A stretch of DNA of 63,534 nucleotides, counting the filler, from Octopus bimaculoides (lineage: Eukaryota), in the NCBI RefSeq assembly GCF_001194135.2. It is 9 parts of 8 records of this genome, joined end to end, with 100 filler letters (N's around TTAATTAATTAA, not from the genome) between each part and the next. Parts side by side here need not be neighbours in the genome. Positions count along the whole stretch, not along the records: positions 1 to 19,064 come from NC_068987.1; 8 more parts are not named here. One strand, given 5' to 3'. How positions within the stretch are numbered: position 1 is the first letter of the stretch; every line of letters starts with the position of its first letter. Below, one piece after another: positions 1 through 12,297 of this stretch. The notes below the pieces were generated by a model that saw nothing but the letters and a program-made list of their open reading frames with translations, was not told the DNA's origin and ran no database searches. A program made the position numbers and the translations under genes.

Positions 1-424
1 AATATAATGATGTTTGTGAGTGGTGGTGGTGGTGGTGGTGGTGGTAGCGTTACACACGGTTTCCATCTAAAAAATTCACTCAGAGGGCAATGGTCTGACT
101 GGCAATACATTAGAAGACAGTTGCCTAAGGGTGCTGTCCAACGAAACTGAAACCAAAACCATGTTATTCAGAAACACATAATGTTTCTAAATGCCAGAAA
201 TATATATTTCTTGACATTCAGAGAAGGGTTTAACAATTATCTCAACACCAGAATTTATTTCACTGGTTCTAAATTTAAAATTGATTGCAGTGGGATTTGA
301 AATCAGAGCCTAATGAGCTGTGACTAAATACTATAAAAGTAGTACTGGGAGTCCACCAACTAAATTATATCATCAACATCATCGTTATCATCATCATTTA
401 ACGTCCGCTTTCCATGCTAGCATG

Positions 425-1400
425 GGTTTTTCAAGCCATTTCTACAAACATGGCATATTAGAATATGATTCAACCTTTGCTGAGCCATGGTCAATCACAA
501 CCAAGTTCTGAGCCTCTGCTGAGTGCTAAAAGATCTTTCAGCTTCACAAGAACTGATTGGAAACAAGTAGCCTGAGCAATCGCTCCACATTTCGAAACAT
601 GTGACAGACTTCTGGTTGCATTTCACTGAATATTTTACGATGACCCTCGAGAGATGATCCACTACGATGATTTCTGTAAAAAAGTATTTCATTCCTTAAA
701 GAAAATTCATCAAGCTCCGGATGCTGCATGATCACTTCAGCACAAAAATTTCCATTGAGTAAAATATTGCTCAGTTTTTCATAATCTGCTAAATCCTGTG
801 AAAAAATACTCTTCCAAATTTGCTACTGCAGTATGCTTTCTTTCTTTCTTCGCCCTTTCAAAGCCTAGCCAGGCTCATGGGCCCGGTTTCCCGGTTTCTA
901 TGTCGTATGTGTTCCCCCCAGCTGGACGGGACACCAGTCCATCGCAGCGTTACTCAAGAAGCAGGAAGAAAGAGTGAGAGAAAGTTGGGGCGAAAGAGTA
1001 CAACAGGGTTCGCCACCACCCCCTGCCGGAGCCTCGTGGAGCTTAGGTGTTTTCGCTCAATAAACACTCACAACGCCCAGTCTGGGAATCGAAACCGCAA
1101 TCCTCCAACCGCAAGTCCGCTGCCCTAACCACTGGGCCACTGCACCTCCACTGCAGTATGCTCTACCTACAAATACTGCACTCTGTAATGATCCAAAACA
1201 GTGCAGTGTTGATATTTTAATACATTTCCTTCCTGGTATCTTTTAGGAACTTTTCGTTACCTGGGTAGCTCCAAAGGAGAAATATTGAGTTGATAAATCA
1301 TTTTTTCTGCTGTATTGAACAGCTTCTGAAATTTTTCTTCACTGCTTAGATTTTTTAGCTCCTCCTGCACCAGTTTGACACAAGGCGGTATGCCACCTAG
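425..1400 (-). pseudogene. Degenerate hAT transposase, C-terminal half including the hATC dimerisation domain, interrupted by a SINE
   Basis: Minus-strand translation gives ELKNLSSEEKFQKLFNTAEKMIYQLNISPLELPR*RKVPKRY...DHYRVQYL*VEHTAVANLEEYFSQ...FSEMQPEVCHMFRNVERLLRLL / PISSCEAERSFSTQQRLRTWL*LTMAQQRLNHILICH. This resembles the ZMYM1-like hAT pattern (LPRxRKxPKR; SxxxERSFSxLxRxKTxLRSTMxQxRL). It carries stops and frameshifts. Confidence 0.8.
838..1149 (-). mobile_element. tRNA-derived SINE with a V-domain-like core and a 13-bp target-site duplication
   Basis: Minus strand: A box TGGCCCAGTGG, B box GTTTCGATTCC, internal GATGGACTGGTGTCCCGTCCAGC (recalled as V-SINE-like), and a GAAA-repeat tail. 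It is flanked by ACTGCAGTATGCT at 825-837 and 1150-1162. Confidence 0.85.
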
Positions 1401-1728
1401 ATTGACGGTGGTACTTTGTTTTTTAATTGGGAAAAAGTAGTGGGGACGAAAGATGGTTTGTTCCCAGTTCCTGAAAAAATGAGGGGGGGGGCACTTATCC
1501 CCTGGTACCCTCCTGAAACAAGGCCCTTGCTTGTATGGGCCAGGCAAAATTTGATGAGGTAGATTTTTCTTACAGCCTAAATCGTATTTACTTAATTGAT
1601 TATGGCCCCATACATACAAAATATTCAGTTTTGTACTTTGTCAAAAGAATGAAGGACATGACTATCAAACTGACCTTATCGAAGATGTTAGTTTGCTAAA
1701 AGTCTGATAAAAAATTCAGATTACTCAC

Positions 1729-1862
1729 CCATATACAATAGAACGGTTTGTGTTAGTACAGCATCGATAATACATTTCATAGGACTGATCACTTTCACAG
1801 AAAGAAACAACTTTAGAATCGTTTTTGAGTGGAGAAGAACATTTTGAGCATAAAGACAGGTC
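1729..1862 (-). CDS. ATRAID: ATRAID/APR-3 orthologue, coding exon 2 (134 nt, phase 0 in, phase 2 out)
   Basis: Acceptor ttattttgtttatttccag|GAC and donor TGG|gtgagt. It translates to DLSLCSKCSSPLKNDSKVVSFCESDQSYEMYYRCCTNTNRSIVYG. The Cys spacing matches human ATRAID as recalled (ICTQCPGSVQNLSKVAFYCKTTRELMLHARCCLNQKGTILG). It is below the ORF-track length cutoff. Confidence 0.85.
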
Positions 1863-2239
1863 CTGGAAATAAACAAAATAAAATGAATAAATGGCTATTA
1901 TTTCAAATACATTCTGAAAATGGAAAATGAACCATTTTTTTCCTTAATACTTCAATATCATCATCATTATCATCATCGTATATTACTGAGGTACTCTTTT
2001 CCAGCCATATGCTCCTCCTATCACCAGCCCTTAACTGTTTTACAAGTAAGGGATTTCTCTTTTTTTATACACATATGAAGGAGATTTGACTTATTTCTAA
2101 CTGCCCAAGTGACCACCTGGAGGCTTTTTCCTTCATTACCATTAATAAATGATTGCTGTTGATTAGCAGTTGATTATTTCTACATTAGTGTCTTTGTGAC
2201 TGTGTCCATATCTATTTTCTGGACATGGTGTGTTTAGAA

Positions 2240-2390
2240 CATCATCATCATTTAATGTCTGTGTTCCATGCTAGCATGGGTAGGGTGGTACCACAAGAGC
2301 TGACCAGGCCAAAGCATGCACCAGACTTCTGTGACTGTTTTGGCAGGATTTTTACAGCTGGATGCCCTTCCTAACACCAAACCACAATAT
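2240..2390 (-). mobile_element. RTE-type 3' tail repeat with a (GAT)n end; short relatives at about 378-430, 5181-5345 and 18775-18945
   Basis: Reverse complement of ...aggaagggcatccagctgta...aacccatgctagcatggaa..gacattaaatgatgatgatg, the same family as 6400-6804. Confidence 0.7.
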
Positions 2391-2529
2391 CAAATGTATC
2401 TTCCATTTCTATAAAGTGATAGGATATGATATAATGGAGATTTGACTGCTATCTCTTGCAGGTTGAGTGATCATGTCAGCTCAAAAACTAAATTTTAAAT
2501 ATCATTGGTAATCCACCAGTATGACTGAT

Positions 2530-2673
2530 ACTCTTTTACTCTTTTACTTGTTTCAGTCATTTGACTGTGGCCATGCTGGAGCACCGCCTTTTAGTTGAGA
2601 AAATCGACCCCAGGACTTATTCAGTGTAAGCCTAGTACTTATTCTATTGGTCTCTTTAGCCGAAGCGCTAAGT

Positions 2674-2727
<54 letters not shown>

Positions 2728-2897
2728 TATATATGACGGGCTTCTTTCAGTTTCCGTCTACCAAATCCACTCACAAGGCTTTCGTCGGCCTGAGGCTATA
2801 GTAGAAGACACTTGCCCAAGGTGCCACGCAGTGGGACTGAACCCGGAACCACGTGGTTGGTAAGCAAGCTACTTACCACACAGCCACTCCTGCACCT
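2530..2897 (-). mobile_element. Full-length tRNA-derived CORE-like SINE (family A) with an internal (TA)n(CA)n microsatellite
   Basis: Minus strand: aggtgcaggagtggctgtgtggtaagtagcttgc...ggttccgggttcagtccc (A and B boxes), then gtggcaccttgggcaagtgtc (resembles the CORE domain), and an AAAAGAGT tail. It probably belongs to the octopus OR/OK-type SINEs; the family name is not verified. Confidence 0.85.
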
Positions 2898-2929
2898 GAT
2901 ATTGATACATAAAATATGATTTGTTTATT

Positions 2930-3525
2930 TTATTGACCCCCCAAAAAGATGAAAGGTAGTCAACTAGTCAACATTAGTGGAATTTGAACTCAAAAGTAAA
3001 GTCAGTAGCAATACCACTGAGCTGTCCATTATGGTAACGATTTGGCCAGCTTGCAGCCTTACATAATGATGAAGATGATGATGATAATCCTTTCAAGTTT
3101 GTAGCAGAAAACCAGTAGTTTTTGAGGGAAGGGTAAAGTCAATATACTGACTCCAATACTTGACTGGTACTTCATTTATCGACCCCAAAAACGATGAAAG
3201 GCAAAGTCGACCCCGGTGGAATTTGAACTCAGAGCATAAAGACGAACAAAATGTCACTAAGCCTTTTGCCTGGCATGCGACTCGTTCTGCCAGCTCGCCA
3301 CCTTAATAATAATATTCATAATAATAATAATCCATTCTACGATAGGCACAGGGCCTGAAGTTTGGTGGGAGGGGGCTAGTCAATTACATGAACCCCAGTG
3401 TTACACTGGTACTTAATTCACTGACCCCCAAAAGGATGAAAAGCAAAGTTGACCTCGGTGGAATTTGAACTCAGAATGTAACGACAGGCAAAATACCCAC
3501 AAGCTAATGATTTTGCCAGTTCACC
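2930..3525 (-). mobile_element. Three stacked copies of tRNA-derived SINE family B
   Basis: Repeated reverse complement of ggtgagctggcagaatcgttagc...gagttcaaattccaccgaggtcgactttgcctttcatcc...gtcgataaa..aagtaccag, separated by (AAT)n-like runs. Confidence 0.8.
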
Positions 3526-4149
3526 ACCTTATTCATAATAATAGCAATATTAATAATGATAATAATAACTACTTCAGATGTAGGCACAGTGAATTTGGTG
3601 AGAGTGTGTTATGTGTGTGTGTGTTATGNNNNNNNNNNNNNNNNNNNNNNNNNNNNNNNNNNNNNNNNNNNNNNNNNNNNNNNNNNNNNNNNNNNNNNNN
3701 NNNNNNNNNNNNNNNNNNNNNNNNNNNNNNNNNNNNNNNNNNNNNNNNNNNNNNNNNNNNNNNNNNNNNNNNNNNNNNNNNNNNNNNNNNNNNNNNNNNN
3801 NNNNNNNNNNNNNNNNNNNNNNNNNNNNNNNNNNNNNNNNNNNNNNNNNNNNNNNNNNNNNTTATATTATATATTGTATATTATATTATATATTGTATAT
3901 TATATTATATATTGTATATTCCATATTCTATACCCCACATTGGTTCTGCAGGAATATAAATAAAACATAAAAAACAGACAGTGTTGGAACTCTTTTAAAC
4001 AAAATAATATATTCCTCTATACACAATCATACAAAAAACCCACCTTTTTTGTATTTATTTTTGCTCGCATATATATATATATATATATATATATACGTGT
4101 GTGTATCCCCTCTGATACATTACCTAAAATGTCTTTCATTTCTTTTTTG

Positions 4150-4620
4150 ATGGAAGGGTGTAATTAGTGGTTGATTTAGCTGCTGTTTCTAGCTGCTCAA
4201 AGGACTGCAAAGAGGTTTCCATGAAGGCTCATGGTCCAGAATATTACTGTAGCTGATTTTAAGCTCCAGGACAGCTTTTGATCAAAGACATTTCAGCCAT
4301 GACCATCCACTTTATTAATCATTATCTAATGTGTCCTTCACAAGTTGTAGCTGATTTGGTTGCTATTTCTACCAACACATTTGACTGCAGAGAGGTTCTC
4401 TTGAAGTCTCAGGGTCTAGAATGTTGGTTAGCCCCAGGTCAACCTGATAATTAATGCTACTAAAGCCATGATCATCTATCTTATTTTCAGACATAGCATT
4501 CATTATATCAAAGCCTACATTATCTAATACAGCCTTTGCTTTGCATAAGAGTATATAGTGTTATTTGAGAGAAATTTAGCAGTATTTCTAGAAGGTTGAG
4601 CCTCTGTGTAGCAGTTCCTT
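4150..4620 (+). repeat. Cluster of a dispersed repeat with the core gatttggctgctatttctagc (three degenerate copies)
   Basis: gatttagctgctgtttctagc (~4173), gatttggttgctatttctacc (~4353), aaatttagcagtatttctag (~4572). Relatives occur near 2075, 2440, 12990 (reverse) and 20400 (reverse). Confidence 0.55.
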
Positions 4621-5743
4621 AATTGGTGACATTAACAGGTCAGCTGACAAGCTCCTGTTAATACTGAGGAATTGTTCTTTTACAAGTATTTTACCACACT
4701 TGCCAGGATTGGAGGCAAGTGTCTGTTTAATCATTTGTATCCCACCCAGAAAAGAAAACAATTGTGATCTTGTGATGAGGTTCGAAATATTATATAAAAA
4801 CTGTAAATCAATAGTATATTGATTTCATGTTAATTACATTTTATGAGAGTACAAATGATCGATTTTTCATCAGGAATTTTATAAGAGAGATGAAATAGTG
4901 CAAAGCTAACCAAACAATTGTCAGTGTGGAATAATGAAATAATGGAATAGCTATGAGAATGATGGAATAGCAGTAGATTCTAAGCTCCAGTAGTAATGGC
5001 TACATCTATGATTGTTGGCTCATACATATCATCAACATCTGCTAGAACAAGTTAATGAGGGTATTTCTATTTGGTCATTCAAATGATAGAGAGAACAGCT
5101 AAATGTCTATACCTCACAGATCACACCTTGCTATTATCAACATTTAGATTTCATTATCCGTGCTTCATGTGTTGAATGGTTCAAGAGAAGGTGGCAACGT
5201 GGAGGACTGTGCCAAGCACTATTGTGTCTGCTTTGACATGGTACCTGAGGCTGGAGGCCCTTCCTGATGCTAACCAGTTTACAGCATGTGCTGGGTGCTT
5301 TTTACATGGTACTGGCACCAGTGAGGTCAACGAGTAACTCTCTAGACAGGACCCCCTCCACTGAGGATGTGTAATGTTGAGGGAGGTGGCTTTGTGCAAG
5401 GTGATGGGAAGTTAAAGTATAACAGGGGGACAGAAACAGGGTGTTTTGCTAGAGGGGAGATTCATAAATACCCTGGTTGGAAGAGAGAGAAGATAGCAAT
5501 GAAGATACGTCAGGGAGTAACCTCAAGTTGCAGGAAGGTGAGAGAAGTGATAGAGGACTGGACAGGGTGAGTGGGTGGTGAGTTTGTAAGGGAGTAGAAG
5601 GAGGGTGGCAGATGGACAGAGATGGGGACAAAAGAGGTATGCAGAGAGAACTGAACAGAGCAGGGACATGGACAGTGGTGAATATTAGATGGGGGGAAAG
5701 CAGAGGAAATGGGGTACTGTTTTAAAAATAGAATAAACAGCAT

Positions 5744-5925
5744 AGACGTAGGAGTGGCTGTGTGGTAAGTAGCTTGCTTACGAACCACATGGTTCCGGGT
5801 TGAGTCCCACTGTGTGGCATCTTGGGCAAGTATCTTCTACTATAGCGTCGGGCTGACCAAAGCCTTGTGAGTGGATTTGGTAGACAGAAACTGAAAGAAG
5901 CCCGTCGTATATATATATATGTATG

Positions 5926-5970
<45 letters not shown>
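5744..5970 (+). mobile_element. SINE family A, left part, ending in (TA)n
   Basis: agacgtaggagtggctgtgtggtaagtagcttgc...ggaaactgaaagaagcccgtcg, then (TA)n. Confidence 0.85.
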
Positions 5971-5979
<9 letters not shown>

Positions 5980-6399
5980 CTCTTCTATTTTTTAATATTA
6001 TTATAAATCTTCCACTGAGGAGGGAGCCAGCTTCTNNNNNNNNNNNNNNNNNNNNNNNNNNNNNNNNNNNNNNNNNNNNNNNNNNNNNNNNNNNNNNNNN
6101 NNNNNNNNNNNNNNNNNNNNNNNNNNNNNNNNNNNNNNNNNNNNNNNNNNNNNNNNNNNNNNNNNNNNNNNNNNNNNNNNNNNNNNNNNNNNNNNNNNNN
6201 NNNNNNNNNNNNNNNNNNNNNNNNNNNNNNNNNNNNNNNNNNNNNNNNNNNNNNNNNNNNNNNNNNNNNNNNNNNNNNNNNNNNNNNNNNNNNNNNNNNN
6301 NNNNNNNNNNNNNNNNNNNNNNNNNNNNNNNNNNNNNNNNNNNNNNNNNNNNNNNNNNNNNNNNNNNNNNNNNNNNNNNNNNNNNNNNNNNNNNNNNNA

Positions 6400-6804
6400 G
6401 CTTGCGAAGACTTATTGGGGCAAGCAAAAGCGAAACTGTGATGGCACCTGTGCCCAGTGTCGCCTTTCTGGCACTTGTGCCCGCGGCATATGTAAGGACT
6501 TTCAAGCGAGATCGTTGCCAGCGCCCCTGGACTGGCTCTTGTGTGGGTGGCACATAAAATACACCATTTTGAGCATGGCCGTTGCCAGTACTGCCTGACT
6601 GGCCTTCGTGCTGGTGGCACGTAAAAAGCACCCACTACACTCTCTGAGTGGTTGGCGTTAGGAAGGGCATCCAGCTGTAGAAACTCTGCCAAATCAGATT
6701 GGAGCCTGGTGTAGCCATCTGGTTTCACCAGTCCTCAGTCAAATCGTCCAACCCATGCTAGCATGGAAAGCAGACGTTAAACTACAATGATGATGATGAT
6801 GATG
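6400..6804 (+). mobile_element. RTE-type retroposon 3' region with a (GAT)n tail; other plus-strand copies at 9390-9775 and 13575-14122
   Basis: gtggcacgtaaaaagcacccactacactctc..agtggttggcgttaggaagggcatccagctgtagaaac...aacccatgctagcatggaaagcagacgttaaac...gatgatgatgatg is near-identical across the copies. Confidence 0.8.
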
Positions 6805-7239
6805 TATGTATTATAGGTCACAGATGGCCAAGTATCAACTTGACCATTGATGACCTTGATATACAAAATATAGATTTAAATAACGGAGATGTGTAGTATT
6901 TGTAACAGCTTTATTATTTAATTTATCAAGTTTGGAATTTTATAATTTTGGTTTTTCTGAAATTTTATCATCTTCCACCCCAACCCCACATTTTAAAACC
7001 AAGGTTCAACTGCTTCAATTGTATTTTCTGTTGACACAAGATATATCCATTACAGTAGAGGCCCTGTGAGTCAGCATTATGACCTTAAATAGAACACACA
7101 CACACAACAATAAACAATCAAACACTGCCAAAGTAATACAATAACCAAAAAAAAAAAAATACTTCTGAACTTTGTCATTTTGGTGAAAGCACATCTTCAA
7201 TATGGCAAGGACCACATCTCAACAACTGGTTTTTTTCTT

Positions 7240-7745
7240 CAAGACTAGAAGATTCTTTAGCCTCTGACAGCTCACATTCAACCACAAGGTCTAATCTTTG
7301 CTGCATTGTGGTAGCTTATATGCCTCAATAACCCTGCCAGCAGAATGAAAGCTCTCAGTAAGGGTAAAGGCCAGATTAATACAGATCACACACATACACC
7401 CCACTAGAGGTAAAAATAGGTTTGCATAGGGCCAACATCCCTATCTAGTAAAAAGGGCAAAGTGACAGAAGCATCAACAACAATTCAAAACCAACAAGAT
7501 CTGGGAGAGGAAGGCCTTCCACCAGGGAAACATATGACAAAATGTCAGATCCTGACATAGTACCCACAAAAGAGGCAGAGAGGGTACCCTAAAAATAGTT
7601 GGAGGCAGATGGGATATTGAAGCAAAGCTGAAAAACAACAAAGATTCAACTGAAGAAAAGCAAGAAAGCCACCTAGAGTTGAGAATAGTGAAGAAAAATC
7701 ATCCAAGGCCTAAACTTCAGAGGGAGCAAAGTGGGTGCAGGTGTA
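7240..7745 (+). mobile_element. Internally deleted RTE-clade LINE relic (5' UTR-like part joined to the 3' end of the ORF)
   Basis: The 3' part reads KRGRGxPKNSWRQ..DIEAKLK...KARKAT..VE.RKIIQGLNFRGSKVG, typical of RTE C-termini. It is related to 18350-18620. Confidence 0.5.
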
Positions 7746-7939
7746 GTATGTGAGCTACAAGCCATTGTGATCTACAGCAACTTAAATCTGGACTACCTTG
7801 TGATCTACATTCAAAATTTTGTGGTAAATTTGCAATTATAATTAGAGGAAAAAGAAAATTTTTTATTGATTCTTATTTCATACTAGAAACAATATCTCTA
7901 TGCTCATCAAGGAGTTCATAGCGTTGGAGAAATTCTTAT

Positions 7940-8160
7940 TTCTTTATTGCCCACAAGGGGCTAAACATAGAGGGGACAAACAAGGACAGACAAAGGGATT
8001 AAGTCGATTACATTGACTCCAGTGCGTAACTGATAATTAATTTAGCAACCCCGAAAGGCAAAGTTGACCTCAGAGGAATTTGAACTCAGAACGTAACGGC
8101 AGACGAAATACTGAGAAGCATTTCGCCTGGCATGTTGACGATTCTGCCAGCTCACCACCT
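7940..8160 (-). mobile_element. SINE family B copy with the long tail variant
   Basis: Reverse complement of ggtgagctggcagaatcgtc...gagttcaaattcctctgaggtcaactttgcc...taatccctttgtctgtccttgtttgtcccctctatgtttagccccttgtggg. Confidence 0.8.
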
Positions 8161-8344
8161 TGTGTTGGAGAAATTCTATTGCAGCTTTTTCATCTTGAAT
8201 AACCTGTATGTAAAATTCTTTTGCTCCCATCATGACTTCTTTTAACGGGCTCAGGAATAAAAGTGCTGAAATCATAAAAGTTTTTTTGGTTTATATATCA
8301 AACCAACCGGAAGTCGAGTAAATAGATGCATTTAAAATGTAGAT

Positions 8345-9290
8345 CAAAATGTCAGTGTGGATCACAAACTATACCAGAAATATGTATGTAGATCACATAC
8401 TACACCGGCACCACAAAGTGTTTAATAGTATCAACAAAGTTCAGGAGATATCCACAATAGAGTATTGTTCATGTATCTGGAACAGTGGTGCTGCACATAC
8501 AGATATCCTACATACATACACCACCATCACACCATTATCTGACCCACAGGTTCACTGACACCTCTCTGTTTTCCTGCTGCTACTACAATGGTCTCTTCTC
8601 ATCAGAGCTGGCTGAGTTCATAGTATCCCCACTCAAGCATTCCCAGCTCACTAAATTCAACACCATCATGTTCAAGTCTCCAATAAGCCCTGCATTAATC
8701 ACTAAGCTATATTTTGGATCTCACTTTAACCAAAGATCAACTTTGATGAAAGTACATCTTATGATTACTAAGGACCTCTCCTGGTCAAAGTACACCTTTA
8801 ACATAGCAAGGAGTGCATCCTGACAAATGGACCTCATTTTCAAGGCTGGAAGAGATTTCAGCCTCCAACAATTATTACTTCTCTACAAAGCCTTAATAAC
8901 ATGCACCATGGAATATTACTCTTATTTCCACAGCAGTGCTGCTCAGCATCTTAGATCACTTCCAGAAAAAAGGCCACCAAATTGATTGATATAAAATCAT
9001 TCATAGACACACACCCAAGACAAGCTGTTTACATTCTTAACCTTTCCCTTCACTGCTATTATGGCCTCTGCTCCTCAGAGTCGGCTGGGATCATACCACT
9101 TCTTCTCAGCATTCTTGACCCACTCATCTCTCCTCCCCCAATCACCCTTGTTATGTCCAACCCCAACACCAAACTCTTTGTTCCCAGAACATTGGCATCC
9201 GGGAATTCTCTCCTTGCTCATGTCTTTTCTGCAGATGTTGACTTACAAAAGTTCAAGAGGAGGGTGTGAAGGCCATAACCACTCCTCTTC
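8345..9290 (+). mobile_element. Degenerate CR1/L2-group LINE 3' end with the post-RT region present twice
   Basis: It reads LLLLYKALITCTMEYYS...FQKKATKLID...LSLHCYYGLCSSESAGIIP...LFVPRTLASGNSLLAHVFSADVDLQKFKRRV. A similar IEYCSCIWNSGAA...CYYNGLFSSELAEFI segment lies at 8455-8640. Confidence 0.7.
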
Positions 9291-9780
9291 CTTTAGACCA
9301 GTGTTTCTCAACTGGAGTTCTCCAGAACCCTACGGTTCCATGAGAAAGGGCTAGATAAGCTAATGCTCATTTCATGATCGTAATGCCTCACCGAGGCAAT
9401 GACTAGTAACTGAGACCTTTGGAAATATGCTGTGTGTGAGAAGACCTGGCAAGCCAAGTGAAACAATAACCCGTGGCCTATGCCAGGGGTGTAACCAGCC
9501 CACTCATGCGTACCTTTCCTTCATTGGACATTACACTCTGCTTGCGAAGACCTGTTAAGGCAAGTGAAATCGAAATCAAATCAAATTCAATGACTGGCAC
9601 CATCCGAGCATGATCATTGCCAGAGCAGCTGTTTGGCTTTTGTACCAGTGGCACGTAAAAAACACCATTTGAGCGTGGCCGTTGCCAGTACCGTCAGACT
9701 GGCCCTCATGCCAGTGAAACGGGAAAGCACCCACTACACTCTCGGAGTGGTTGGTGTTAAGAAGGGCATCCTTCTTAACG

Positions 9781-10089
9781 ATGCGTGGCACCTTGGGTAA
9801 GTGTCTTCTACTATAGCCTCGGGCCAACCAAAGCCTTGTGAGTGGATTTGGTAGATGGAAACCGAAAGAAGTCCGTCGTATACATGTATGTATATAAACG
9901 CCGGAGTTTTAATGGTGGCAGCTGATGAAGGGGATGTTTCTATGTGGCCTGCTTGTTTGTTGCACCTTGTTTATCATTTTTGTCCTTGCTCTTTTGCCAC
10001 GTCATGTACCCAGTTATGTATCTATATGTACATGTGGATGAACGTATATACACACATGTACATATATATGCATATACTCATATATTGTT

Positions 10090-10122
<33 letters not shown>

Positions 10123-10275
10123 ATGTTTGTCCCCACAACATCACTTGACAACCGACGCTGGTGTGTTTACGTCCCCGCAACTTAGCGGTTCGCCAAAAGA
10201 GACAAAGAATAAGTACTAGGCTTACAAAGAATAAGTCCTGAGCTCGACTAAAGGCGGTGCTCCAGCATGGCCATA
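9781..10275 (+). mobile_element. 5'-truncated SINE family A with extra internal sequence
   Basis: CORE-like part at 9781-9890, then microsatellites, then the right part ttgacaaccgacgctggtgtgtttacgtccccg...ggcggtgctccagcatggcc. Confidence 0.75.
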
Positions 10276-10439
10276 ATTCTCAAAAAAAGCAGAAAAAGAT
10301 AAAAAAAAACGTTTATGATTTTCGTAGCTAGCACAATATATATTTATGTAAGAATTTTTTTAAGAAACATATCTGGTAAGTGCAGTCGAAAAGGTCCAAC
10401 AGACACTTGAAAAAAACTAAAGACATCTTAAACAATTAT

Positions 10440-10830
10440 TGGCAGAATCGTAAACATGCCGGACAAAATGCCGAGCGGCGTTTCGTCCATCTTTAAGTTC
10501 TGAGTTCAAATTCTGCCGAGGTTGACTTTATCTTTCATCCTTTCGGGGTTAATAAAATAAGTACCAGTTATACACAGAGGTCGATGTAATCAACCAGACC
10601 CCTACCCAAATTTCAAGCCTTGTGCCTACATTAGAAAAGGATTAGCGGCATTTTGTCTGTCTGTACGATTTGAGTTCAAATTCCACCGAGGTCGACATCC
10701 TTTTGGGGCCGATTAAATAAGTACCAGTTAGGTACTGGGTTCGATGTAATCGACTGATAACCTTCTCCACAAATTTCAGGCTGTGTGCCTATAGTAGAAA
10801 GGCTTATTATAAATACTTTCTACAATCCTT
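10440..10830 (+). mobile_element. Two tandem SINE family B copies
   Basis: ggcagaatcgtaaacatgccggac...gagttcaaattctgccgaggttgac... occurs twice, each copy ending tagaaaaggatt(att). Confidence 0.8.
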
Positions 10831-10899
10831 TCAATTGTTATTAGACAATCCACGTGAATTGCCGAACTCATAGATAAAACAGCTGATTCTATTTTGACA

Positions 10900-11255
10900 T
10901 TTCGGATTTATCCATATTATTATTGTGATTAAATGTTTTGACCGGAAGAAGAGAGTGTGCTCATGGCCTTCGTATGCCCTTCTGAGTTGAATGGGGTTCC
11001 AGAAAGTTGACGATCTGACAAGTGGGGAAGTAATCAATGTGGAGGGGCCTGGGGAGAAAACAATAAGAGTGACAAGAGAAAACACAAGCACGGTAGTGGA
11101 GCTTTAGTTGAGTTGGCAGGAAAGCGGCCAGCTCCGAGGAAGCGATGTCACAGTCGTAATAACAGAAGAGATAATTGAGAAGACAGCATGGAGTATTAGC
11201 AAGCAACTTAGGACCAATAAATCGAGTGGCCTGTGATTGGATGTAATCCAAGATA
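10900..11255 (-). mobile_element. CR1/L2-group LINE 3' end relic (same family as 8345-9290)
   Basis: MDYIQSQATRFIGPKLLAN...CYYDCDIASSELAAFLP...RSSTFWNPIQL. Confidence 0.65.
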
Positions 11256-12049
11256 GTTGTGGTGTGTGTGTGTGTGTGTAGCAGTACCGTCCCAAATGTG
11301 GATGCAGCTTTGCATTGTGAATCACACCACTTCTGTCTGTCTCTAATATCAAATAAAATGAATCGACATGTATAAAGTCATCTGTCGGAAACATAGTTTT
11401 ATGAATGAGTAATCTACAAACAGAAAATAATAGTAAACAGAATTAGAAGAAATTATCTATCCGTGTCGGCCTAAAATGACGTTTGCCAAAAAGATTACCA
11501 AAAAAAAAAAATAAATAATGTCCATGGCCAGAAATGTCGAAATACTCTTCTTTTCGCAACATAGGAATATATCCAAAGTCAAGAACTTCAGAAAAGATGT
11601 GGCCTATTAGTTTGATCTCTCTGTATAGAATTAGTTACGATTGATGTTAAACCCTTACGTATACAGGACAGAAGTTGACTCGAAGATGTGAGTGAATAAA
11701 AGAGAGGGAGGAGGTTCTTACATGAGAAAAAAAAAACAGTATGTTAAATAAGGATACAAAGACTGTGTAAAAGAATACCTAAATATTTTTTCATGTGTGC
11801 AAAGTAAGTATAAGCTTGTACATAAAAAAGGGAACAACAATTTCAAGTTTTGGGTCAGTGTTTTTCCTTCATCTCCAAATAATAAAAAAGAGTCCTTGCC
11901 TCTGTTTCCATTAACACACAAGCACGCAATAAGAAGATCTGGCTGTGGCTGAAGAAAAACGAACATGACACGAAGATTTTTATGTCACAAAACTATATTT
12001 TGTTGAGATTAAATGATAAATAAATAAAATCGGAAGGTAGTTGTTTTAC

Positions 12050-12124
12050 CTGGTCTGAATGAACTTGTAGGATAACAACAAACAAGTACAATCCGACAAA
12101 AATCTTTCTTTCGACAGGCTCCAT
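12050..12124 (-). CDS. ATRAID: ATRAID/APR-3 orthologue, coding exon 1 (signal peptide, 25 codons, phase 0)
   Basis: ccacgATGG start context. It translates to MEPVERKIFVGLYLFVVILQVHSDQ, a hydrophobic signal-peptide-like sequence, and ends at donor CAG|gtaaaa. The phase matches the exon at 1729-1862. Confidence 0.7.
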
Positions 12125-12297
12125 CGTGGTAACCAAAGACAATAACCAGTGTCTCGAACAGAAGAAACTCCTTTCTTATATTAAAAGCCCATGTTTCTAT
12201 AAAAGTTTGTCAAGACTGAGTAAGAACTTATTTATAAATAAAGTCACGAGATGGTAATCACATGATTTACAAAACACCGTTAGTAAAGCGATATTTG

